The notes under the pieces are model-generated. The model ran no database searches, was not told the origin of the DNA, and worked only from the letters and a program-made list of their open reading frames with translations. A stretch of DNA of 32,000 nt from Faecalibaculum rodentium (lineage in GTDB: Bacteria > Bacillota_I > Bacilli_A > Erysipelotrichales > Erysipelotrichaceae). Each line of letters starts with the position of its first letter. Position 1 is the stretch's first letter. The stretch covers positions 600,001-632,000 of the forward strand of contig NZ_CP011391.1 in NCBI RefSeq assembly GCF_001564455.1, in the 5' to 3' direction. Shown here piece by piece: positions 8,857-15,952 of this stretch. The position numbers and the translations under genes are program-made.

Positions 8857-9537
8857 ATGTTCAAGGCAGTCACAGACGTGGAAGATACCGGCTATGCTGG
8901 CTGGATTCGGGATGTCATCAATGATGCAGCGGGGTTTGCGTCTGTGGCTTTTTCCCAGACCGGCCCGGAGTGGGAAGGCGTCGCGGATGCGGACCTTTTC
9001 ATCGCCGGCATTTCCCTGAAGCAGCAGGACAAGCTGGAGCGCCTGAAGGAACTTGTCAGAAAACACCCGAATCTCACACTCGTGCTCGCGGCTTCGGATA
9101 CAGAGGACATTCTCGATGCCTGGAAGGTGGAGTCTGCAGCCTTTCTGCGGGGGAAACGCAATCCGGCCCGCCTCGCCAGTGTGGTGAGGGATGTCCAGGC
9201 GAGGGTGGATGAACAGAAGGGCCACAAACTGCAGATGACGTGGAAAAATGTACTGCGGTTCATTCCCATGGAGCAGATCGTGTCCATTGAGAAGGATCTG
9301 CGAAAGACCAATGTCTGCCTCGCGGACGGGGAAGTGTGCACGTCTTATATGCGGATGGATGATGTGCTGGAACAGCTGGATGAAAACTTTATCCGCATTC
9401 ACTTCAGCTGCATCATCAACCGCCGGTATCTGCAGGAAGTCCGCCGGGACTGCGTCATCCTGCGCGACGGGCGGCACCTGCCGGTTTCCCGGACGTATGC
9501 CCGAAACCTCGCACCGCTAATGAAGGATGCCTCGTGA
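8857..9537 (+). CDS. LytTR-family DNA-binding regulator with a receiver-like N-terminal domain that appears to lack the phospho-acceptor Asp
   Basis: The C-terminal ~100 aa match the LytTR pattern (LRFIPMEQIVSIEKD...FIRIHFSCIINRRYLQEV...LPVSRTYARNL). The N-terminal ~120 aa have REC-like alternating beta/alpha periodicity with acidic VTDVED. The beta3 end reads DLFIAGISL where DLxxxDxxxP is expected. RBS AAGGGGGA lies 6 nt before the ATG. Confidence 0.8.
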   Translation: MFKAVTDVEDTGYAGWIRDVINDAAGFASVAFSQTGPEWEGVADADLFIAGISLKQQDKLERLKELVRKHPNLTLVLAASDTEDILDAWKVESAAFLRGKRNPARLASVVRDVQARVDEQKGHKLQMTWKNVLRFIPMEQIVSIEKDLRKTNVCLADGEVCTSYMRMDDVLEQLDENFIRIHFSCIINRRYLQEVRRDCVILRDGRHLPVSRTYARNLAPLMKDAS

Positions 9538-9564
9538 TATAATCAGGGACAGGAGCGTGACAGT

Positions 9565-9864
9565 ATGACCCGAGTGAATGTACCAATTGAAATGAATGAA
9601 GACCTGTATGACAAAATGCAGGAGCTGTGCGAAGAGCTGGGCCTGGACATGGATACAGCCATTGGCATTTTTGCACAGAAAATGGTCAACGAAGAGGGGA
9701 TGCCCTTTGAGGTGACGGAAAAGGACCTGCCGGTGGATGAGGAAGCCGAGCGGCGGGCAAAACGACTGAAGACCGCCGGGATCATTGGTGCCATTGCGGC
9801 GCTGATTGGCCTGGTCACAGGCATTTTGCTGGCCGTGCGGTCGCTGAAGGCGCACCGTCGGTAA
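9565..9864 (+). CDS. RelB/DinJ-like ribbon-helix-helix protein with a C-terminal transmembrane anchor
   Basis: Residues ~3-52 (VNVPIEMNEDLYDKMQELCEELGLDMDTAIGIFAQKMVNEEGMPFEV) resemble DinJ/RelB antitoxins. An acidic linker follows, then the hydrophobic helix AGIIGAIAALIGLVTGILLAV and the basic tail RSLKAHRR. RBS AGGAG (9551-9555). Confidence 0.7.
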   Translation: MTRVNVPIEMNEDLYDKMQELCEELGLDMDTAIGIFAQKMVNEEGMPFEVTEKDLPVDEEAERRAKRLKTAGIIGAIAALIGLVTGILLAVRSLKAHRR

Positions 9865-9912
9865 ACGGCCTGATCCGCAGCCTGACGGTCAGCAGATACA
9901 GCGATGTTTCAG

Positions 9913-9950
9913 AACAGATGTCGTATGTTTGGGCATCTGTTTTTTCTTTT
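9913..9950 (+). terminator. Rho-independent terminator ending the LytTR/RHH gene pair
   Basis: AACAGATG (9913-9920) pairs with CATCTGTT (9934-9941), followed by TTTTTCTTTT. Confidence 0.6.
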
Positions 9951-10053
9951 GCGCTTACATAGGCGGCGATAAAGACGTTCCAGACAGATTTTCCGCCGGA
10001 TCTCCGCGAAATTCCCACAGTTTGAGGACAATCTACAGAAAAATGGAACAAAT

Positions 10054-10065
10054 GGAAACGTTTCC
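10054..10065. promoter_or_regulatory. Upstream operator-like palindrome (O2) of the sugar operon
   Basis: Perfect 12-bp palindrome GGAAACGTTTCC. It shares the AAACGTTT core with the downstream site and lies just upstream of the predicted -35 position. Confidence 0.45.
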
Positions 10066-10090
10066 TCTTCCATCGGGCACATCGTTTGTG

Positions 10091-10096
10091 TATAAT
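10091..10096 (+). promoter_or_regulatory. Candidate -10 box of the sugar-operon promoter
   Basis: Consensus TATAAT, 68 nt upstream of the SBP start. The -35 at 17-nt spacing is weak (TTCCAT). Confidence 0.5.
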
Positions 10097-10107
10097 GCAG
10101 ATGTAGG

Positions 10108-10123
10108 TTGTAAACGTTTACAA
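10108..10123. promoter_or_regulatory. LacI-family operator / cre-like site (O1) overlapping the predicted transcription start
   Basis: Perfect 16-bp palindrome TTGTAAACGTTTACAA. The inner 14 bp fit the cre/LacI-family consensus TGWAANCGNTNWCA. It begins 12 bp after the TATAAT box. Confidence 0.65.
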
Positions 10124-10163
10124 CACATGGCAGAAACAAGGTCTGCCCGGAGGAAGAAATCAT

Positions 10164-11489
10164 ATGAAAAACTGGAAAACTCTGGCGGTTGCCGGGGCTA
10201 TGACACTGACGGCTCTCGCCGGCTGCTCTTCTGGTTCCGAGGGTGGTGCTGCTGACAGCGGCGATTCCGGAAAAAAGGGATCTGTCTACTATCTGAACTT
10301 CAAGCCCGAGCAGAACGATGCCTGGCAGGAACTGGCGAAGAAGTACACGGAAGAAACCGGTGTGGAAGTGACGGTCGTTACCGCTGCATCCAACGACTAT
10401 GAAAACACACTGATGTCCGAAATGGGCAAGAGCTCCGCACCCACCCTGTTCCAGGTCAACGGCCCTGTCGGCCTGAAAAACTGGGCTGAATATGCCTATG
10501 ACCTGAAGGGAACACCGGTTTACGATGAACTGACAAGCGATGCCTATACCCTGAAGGATCCTGAAGATCCCGAAAAAGTGGACGCCATTGCCTATGTAAT
10601 CGAGTCCTATGGCATCATCGTCAACGAAAAGCTGCTGAAGGAAGCCGGATACACGACCGACGATATCAAGAGCTTCGAGGATCTGAAGAAAGTCGCTGAC
10701 GACATCCAGTCCCGCAAGGACGACCTGGGATTCGCGGCATTCACATCCGCCGGTATGGACGGCTCCAGTGACTGGCGTTTCAAGACCCACCTGGCCAACC
10801 TGCCGATTTACTTCGAGTATCAGGACAAGAACGAAACCGACACAGATGCCATTGAAGGCACATATCTGGACAACTACCGTGAAATCTTCGACCTGTACAT
10901 CAAGGATTCCACCGTGGACAGCAAGGATCTTGCTGCGAAGACAGGTGATGACTCCCTGAACGAATTCAAGCAGGGCGATGCAGTCTTCTATCAGAACGGT
11001 TCCTGGTCCTATGATGATGTGGTCAATGAAGAAACCGGTCTGACAGACGATGATGTTACCATGATCCCCATTTACATCGGGGCCGGCGATGAAGCCACAC
11101 AGGGTCTGTGCACAGGCACCGAAAACTACTGGGTAGTGAACAAGGACGCTTCCGAGGAAGACATTCAGGCAACTCTGGACTTCATGTACTGGTGCGTGAC
11201 ATCCGAGGAGGGCACAACAGCCATGGCGGATGAAATGGGATTTGTCATTCCGTTCAAGGATGCCAAGCCGTCCCCGAACGTATTTGTTCAGGAAGATGTC
11301 AAGCTGACTGAAAACGGCGCAACTCCTGTTGCATGGTGCTTCACGACGATGCCCTCCGAAGAATGGAAGAACGGTGTCGGCGAAGCTCTGACTGCCTACG
11401 CTGCTGATCCGACAGACGAGAAGTGGGAAGCTGTGGAAAGTGCATTCGTTGACGGCTGGAAGACCGAATACGAACTGGCCAACAAGTAA
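10164..11489 (+). CDS. CUT1-family sugar ABC transporter substrate-binding lipoprotein (malto-oligosaccharide suggested by context only)
   Basis: Signal peptide with the lipobox LAGC (Cys21) followed by a Ser/Gly-rich linker. At 441 aa, its size and composition are typical of family-1 extracellular solute-binding proteins. RBS GGAGGA (10149-10154). Confidence 0.85.
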   Translation: MKNWKTLAVAGAMTLTALAGCSSGSEGGAADSGDSGKKGSVYYLNFKPEQNDAWQELAKKYTEETGVEVTVVTAASNDYENTLMSEMGKSSAPTLFQVNGPVGLKNWAEYAYDLKGTPVYDELTSDAYTLKDPEDPEKVDAIAYVIESYGIIVNEKLLKEAGYTTDDIKSFEDLKKVADDIQSRKDDLGFAAFTSAGMDGSSDWRFKTHLANLPIYFEYQDKNETDTDAIEGTYLDNYREIFDLYIKDSTVDSKDLAAKTGDDSLNEFKQGDAVFYQNGSWSYDDVVNEETGLTDDDVTMIPIYIGAGDEATQGLCTGTENYWVVNKDASEEDIQATLDFMYWCVTSEEGTTAMADEMGFVIPFKDAKPSPNVFVQEDVKLTENGATPVAWCFTTMPSEEWKNGVGEALTAYAADPTDEKWEAVESAFVDGWKTEYELANK

Positions 11490-11515
11490 TTCCGGATCTG
11501 TTATCTGATCATTGT

Positions 11516-11546
11516 ACGGGCAGACTGTGCGTCTGCCCGTTTTTTC
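11516..11546 (+). terminator. Intra-operon rho-independent terminator/attenuator after the SBP gene
   Basis: ACGGGCAGAC (11516-11525), TGTGC, GTCTGCCCGT (11531-11540), followed by TTTTTT. This is a perfect 10-bp stem. Confidence 0.8.
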
Positions 11547-11562
11547 TTAAAAGGAGATAGTT

Positions 11563-12414
11563 ATGGAAAAATCTTTGCGCAGATATGCCTGGATCTTTGT
11601 CCTCCCGACGCTTCTGGCTTTCACGATCGGATTCATCATTCCCTTCCTGGAGGGACTGTATCTGTCGTTCTGTCAGTTCACGACGGTGAGCAACGCAACA
11701 TTCAACGGCATTGGAAACTACATCGAAGCCTTCCAGGATGAGTCTTTCCTGCATGCAGGACTCTTCACTGTCATGGTTGCGGTGGTTTCCATCATCTTCA
11801 TCAACGTTGTGGCCTTTGTCCTGGCCATGATGCTGACACAGAAACTCAAGGGAACGAACTTTTTCCGGGCTGTATTCTTCATGCCCAACCTGATCGGCGG
11901 CATCGTGCTGGGTTACATCTGGCAGATCCTGATCAACTGTGTTCTGTCCCTGACCGCCCAGCCGCTGCTGGCCCTGAACGCCACAGCCGGTTACTGGGGC
12001 ATGATCATCCTGCTTGGCTGGCAGCAGATCGGCTACATGATGATCATCTACATCGCCGGACTGCAGAATGTGCCCGACGACCTGCTGGAAGCAGCACGGA
12101 TCGACGGTGCCACAGAATGGGAAATCCTGTGGAAGATCAAGATCCCCATGGTCATGCCGTCCATCACCATCTGCATGTTCCTGACACTGACCAACAGCTT
12201 CAAGCTCTACGACCAGAACCTTGCGCTGACTAACGGTGCCCCGAATGACATGACGCAGATGTTTGCCCTGAATATTTTTGATACATTCTATGCCCGTGCC
12301 GGCAAGGCCTGGAAGGGCATCGGTCAGGCCAAGGCGGTCATCTTCTCCGTCATTGTCGTGATCATTTCCTCCTTCCAGCTGGGTTACACACGGAAACGAG
12401 AGGTACAGCAGTAA
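11563..12414 (+). CDS. Sugar ABC transporter permease (MalF-like, CUT1)
   Basis: 283-aa polytopic membrane protein with the EAA loop LEAARIDGATEWEILWKIKIPMVMP. RBS AAAGGAGA lies 6 nt before the ATG. Confidence 0.88.
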   Translation: MEKSLRRYAWIFVLPTLLAFTIGFIIPFLEGLYLSFCQFTTVSNATFNGIGNYIEAFQDESFLHAGLFTVMVAVVSIIFINVVAFVLAMMLTQKLKGTNFFRAVFFMPNLIGGIVLGYIWQILINCVLSLTAQPLLALNATAGYWGMIILLGWQQIGYMMIIYIAGLQNVPDDLLEAARIDGATEWEILWKIKIPMVMPSITICMFLTLTNSFKLYDQNLALTNGAPNDMTQMFALNIFDTFYARAGKAWKGIGQAKAVIFSVIVVIISSFQLGYTRKREVQQ

Positions 12415-13256
12415 TGAAAAAGAAAAAGAGCGAAGGCAGCATTCTGCTGACCATCATCCTGGCGATCTGCTCGATTGCCTGGATGTACCCGATTTTCATG
12501 ATTCTGATGAACTCCCTGAAAGTCGAGAGTGCCATCACCACCGCCGGAGCCTTCGAGCTGCCCACCGGCGAGACCTTTGCGGGTCTGGCCAACTATGCCA
12601 ATGCCATCAACTCCCAGGGATTCCTGGCTTCTCTGTGGTATTCGCTGTTCATCACCGTAACGTCTGTCATTGCGATCGTGATCTGCTGCTCGATGTGCGC
12701 GTGGTATATCAGCCGTGTGCAGAGCAAGATCTCCAATGCCCTGTATTACCTGTTTGTCTTCTCCATGGTCGTGCCCTTCCAGATGGTCATGTTCACACTG
12801 TCGCAGACTGCCGATATGCTGAAGCTGAACAACCCCTACAACCTGTGGGTGATTTACCTGGGATTCGGTGCGGGTCTGGCTGTGTTCATGTTTGCCGGCT
12901 TCGTGAAGTCCATTCCGCTGGAAATCGAAGAATCTGCCATGATCGACGGCTGCAGCCCGCTGCAGACATTCTTCAAGATCGTCCTGCCGATGCTCAAACC
13001 GACCATGGTGTCTGTGGGTATCCTGGAAGCCATGTGGGTATGGAACGACTACCTGCTGCCGACGCTGGTCCTGGACATCAAGAAGTACAAGACCATTCCC
13101 ATGCTGATTCAGTATTTCCGCGGATCCTATGGACGTGTTTCCATGGGCCCGATGATGGCGTCGATCATGCTGACGGTCATTCCCATCATCATCGTGTATG
13201 TACTGGGTCAGAAACACATCATCAAGGGTGTGGCAGCCGGCGCTGTAAAGGGGTAA
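12414..13256 (+). CDS. Sugar ABC transporter permease (MalG-like, CUT1)
   Basis: 280-aa membrane protein with the EAA loop IEESAMIDGCSPLQTFFKIVLPMLKP. Its start overlaps the preceding stop (TAATG). Confidence 0.88.
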   Translation: MKKKKSEGSILLTIILAICSIAWMYPIFMILMNSLKVESAITTAGAFELPTGETFAGLANYANAINSQGFLASLWYSLFITVTSVIAIVICCSMCAWYISRVQSKISNALYYLFVFSMVVPFQMVMFTLSQTADMLKLNNPYNLWVIYLGFGAGLAVFMFAGFVKSIPLEIEESAMIDGCSPLQTFFKIVLPMLKPTMVSVGILEAMWVWNDYLLPTLVLDIKKYKTIPMLIQYFRGSYGRVSMGPMMASIMLTVIPIIIVYVLGQKHIIKGVAAGAVKG

Positions 13257-13262
13257 GCTGCC

Positions 13263-14288
13263 ATGGCCCGCATGACGATCAAGGATATAGCCCGGGAATC
13301 GGGGTATTCCACAGGTACGGTCTCGCGGGTACTCAATGAATCGGGTCCGGTCAGCGAACAGGCGGTGAAGCGGATCCGTGAGGTCGTCGACAAGTATCAT
13401 TTTCAGCTCAATACCAATGCCAAGTTCCTGAAACAGCAGACACCGGAAGGGATTGCGGTGATCATACGCGGAACCAACAACCTGCTGTTTGCGTCGCTGG
13501 TGGAGCGGCTCCAGCACCAGGTGGAGGCTGCGGGGTACAGTGCGAGCATGTACTATATCGAGGAGAGCGGCAATGAGGTGGACGAAGCTCTAGAGATCTG
13601 CAAGCACCAGCCGCCGGAAGGCATTTTCTTCCTGGGCAGCAGCCGGCAGAATTTCCAGAAGGGATTTGGCAGCATCGATGTCCCCAGTGTCATGGTGACA
13701 AACTCCGCCGAGGATCTCGGATTCGAAAACCTCGGCTCGGTGACAACCAATGACACGCAGGCAGCGCAGTTTGCGGTGCAGCATCTGCTGTCCATGGGAC
13801 ACCGTCACATAGCAGTGCTGGGTGGCGACAGAAACCGTTCCCAGGCTGCCATGTCCAGGTTTCTGGGAGCGCAGTATGCGTTTTTCGACAACAGCATTCC
13901 GTTTGATCCTGACCGCAGCTACCAGCAGGGAATGTTTTCGGTGAAGGACGGTTATGAAGGCATGCTGTCGCTTCTTGACAGAATGCCGGAGGTCACGGCA
14001 GTATTTGTGATGGCGGATGTCATGGCCATCGGTGCCCTCCGCGCAATCTGCGACCGCGGCCTGCGGGTCCCGGAAGACATTTCCCTGATCAGCTTTGACG
14101 GGATATCCCTGGCGCACTACACAGTGCCCCGCATTGCAACGATGTGCCAGGACCAGGAAGAACTGACTCAGGAAAGTGTGCGGATGCTGCTGGATATGAT
14201 AGAAAACAAGACCCCCGGAACCTTCCGGGAGACCTCTTTCAGGATGCTCGAAGGTGAGAGCCTGATGCCGCCTGTACTTGAAAAGTGA
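13263..14288 (+). CDS. LacI-family transcriptional regulator
   Basis: N-terminal HTH MTIKDIARESGYSTGTVSRVLN, followed by a periplasmic-binding-protein-like sugar-binding core of about 270 aa. Confidence 0.9.
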   Translation: MARMTIKDIARESGYSTGTVSRVLNESGPVSEQAVKRIREVVDKYHFQLNTNAKFLKQQTPEGIAVIIRGTNNLLFASLVERLQHQVEAAGYSASMYYIEESGNEVDEALEICKHQPPEGIFFLGSSRQNFQKGFGSIDVPSVMVTNSAEDLGFENLGSVTTNDTQAAQFAVQHLLSMGHRHIAVLGGDRNRSQAAMSRFLGAQYAFFDNSIPFDPDRSYQQGMFSVKDGYEGMLSLLDRMPEVTAVFVMADVMAIGALRAICDRGLRVPEDISLISFDGISLAHYTVPRIATMCQDQEELTQESVRMLLDMIENKTPGTFRETSFRMLEGESLMPPVLEK

Positions 14289-14297
14289 GTGAATGTT

Positions 14298-15824
14298 ATG
14301 CGAAGAAATGGTGTTTTGATGCACTTGTCCAGCCTGCCCGGAGATCAGGGTATCGGCACAATGGGCAAAAGTGCACATGAATTCGTGGACTTCCTGGAAA
14401 AGGCGGGTCAGTCAGTCTGGCAGCTGCTTCCGGTTGTTCCCACCAGCTACGGAGATTCTCCGTATGCTTCTTTTTCCACATTTGCGGGCAATCCGTATTT
14501 CATTGACCTGGACCTGCTGGCCGAAGACGGACTCCTGAAAGAGGGAGAATACGAAACCGTGGACTGGGGAGGCGATCCGGAACATGTGGACTATGGTGCT
14601 CTGTACAACAACCGGACCAAAGTCCTGCGGAAGGCTGCATCCAGGCTTCTGGAGAACAAGCCGGATGAGTATTACGAATTTCTGGAAGAAAACTATGACT
14701 GGCTTCCGGACTATGCTCTGTTCATGGCCCTGAAGGACAAAAATGGCGGCAAGTCCTGGCTGGAGTGGGAAGATGACGAAAGGAACTACGGCACTGAGGC
14801 CGTGACCCGTCTGGCGGAGCAGTACCGCGACGATGTTGACTTCTATGAAGCGGTTCAGTATCTGTTCTTCAAGCAGTGGAAGGAACTCCGGAACTACGCG
14901 AATGGAAAAGGAATCGACATCATCGGCGACCTGCCGATTTATGTCGCCCTGGACTCTGTGGATGCCTGGAGCCATCCCGAGCTCTTCCAGCTGGATGAAA
15001 ACCGGCAGCCGATCGCTGTGGCCGGCTGTCCGCCTGATGGATTCAGCGCCGATGGACAGCTGTGGGGCAACCCGCTGTATGACTGGGACTATCACAAAAA
15101 CTCCGGGTATGACTGGTGGCTGAGACGGATTCAGTATCTGACAAAGCTGTATAACATCATCCGGATTGATCACTTCCGTGGCTTCGACTCCTATTATGCA
15201 ATTCCGTATGGATCGACCACTGCGAAGAATGGCGAATGGAAGAAAGGCCCTGGCATGGACCTCTTTGACAAGGTCAAGGAAAAAGTGCCGGAAGGAAAGA
15301 TCATTGCGGAAGATCTGGGATTCCTGACGGATTCGGTCCGCAAGCTGCTCAAGGATACAGGTTATCCTGGCATGAAGATCCTGCAGTTTGCTTTTGATTC
15401 CCGTGATGGAAACAACAACGAGTATCTTCCCTTCAACTACCCGGTGAACAGCGTTGCCTATACCGGCACGCATGATAACCAGACCATTATGGGATGGTTT
15501 GAAACAGCGCCAAGGGAAAGCGTGAAATTTGCCGAGGAGTATCTCCGGATATCGGAGGATGATGAAAAGAACTGGATCATGATGCGGGAGCTGATGGCAT
15601 CCCCGTCAGAGCTGTCGATCCTGACCGGTCAGGATCTGCTGGGTCTGGGTGATGAGAGCCGGATGAATACGCCGAGCACTGTGGGCATCAACTGGACATG
15701 GCGGTCACTGCCGGGTAAATTCACGGATGAACTGGCTGACAAACTGTGTCATTACACAGCGCTGTATGGCCGCCTTCCGCAGAAAACGGCGGAAGAAGCC
15801 AAAGCGGAAGAAGCCACAGCCTAG
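14298..15824 (+). CDS. malQ: 4-alpha-glucanotransferase (amylomaltase, GH77)
   Basis: N-terminus RRNGVLMHLSSLPGDQGIGT, plus GH77 catalytic-region motifs IIRIDHFRGF, IAEDLG and YTGTHDN. ATG 14298 is preferred over the GTG at 14289. Confidence 0.92.
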   Translation: MRRNGVLMHLSSLPGDQGIGTMGKSAHEFVDFLEKAGQSVWQLLPVVPTSYGDSPYASFSTFAGNPYFIDLDLLAEDGLLKEGEYETVDWGGDPEHVDYGALYNNRTKVLRKAASRLLENKPDEYYEFLEENYDWLPDYALFMALKDKNGGKSWLEWEDDERNYGTEAVTRLAEQYRDDVDFYEAVQYLFFKQWKELRNYANGKGIDIIGDLPIYVALDSVDAWSHPELFQLDENRQPIAVAGCPPDGFSADGQLWGNPLYDWDYHKNSGYDWWLRRIQYLTKLYNIIRIDHFRGFDSYYAIPYGSTTAKNGEWKKGPGMDLFDKVKEKVPEGKIIAEDLGFLTDSVRKLLKDTGYPGMKILQFAFDSRDGNNNEYLPFNYPVNSVAYTGTHDNQTIMGWFETAPRESVKFAEEYLRISEDDEKNWIMMRELMASPSELSILTGQDLLGLGDESRMNTPSTVGINWTWRSLPGKFTDELADKLCHYTALYGRLPQKTAEEAKAEEATA

Positions 15825-15829
15825 ATTTG

Positions 15830-15869
15830 AACTGCTGTATCGCATATTTATGCGGGCAGCAGTTTTTTG
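15830..15869 (+). terminator. Rho-independent terminator of malQ (its T-tract is the IS target site)
   Basis: AACTGCTG (15830-15837) pairs with CAGCAGTT (15857-15864). There is an inner CGCAT/ATGCG stem, followed by TTTTTT. Confidence 0.75.
15862..15869. repeat. Target-site duplication, left copy (GTTTTTTG)
   Basis: Identical 8-mer abuts both IS termini (the other copy is at 18256-18263). 8 bp is the TSD length typical of the ISL3 family. Confidence 0.75.
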
Positions 15870-15952
15870 GGCGCTCTAAAGTTTTGTGAGGTTTGGACTC
15901 TCACATCCAATACAGTTGGATGAGGAGTCCGGACCTCATTTTCATTTACAGC

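Noticed and set aside
9865-10163. Search for a RelE/YafQ/ParE-type toxin gene next to the DinJ-like gene
   Set aside because: There is no ORF of suitable size or orientation. The interval holds a terminator, the sugar-operon promoter and its operators. The upstream neighbour is the LytTR regulator, not a toxin.
12384-13517. 377-aa minus-strand ORF, and similar antisense ORFs at 9909-10790, 13590-14378, 14412-15473 and 24487-25935
   Set aside because: Each overlaps a well-supported plus-strand gene (permease, SBP, LacI, MalQ, DUF1846). Each has a His/Arg/Gly/Asp-rich low-complexity translation.
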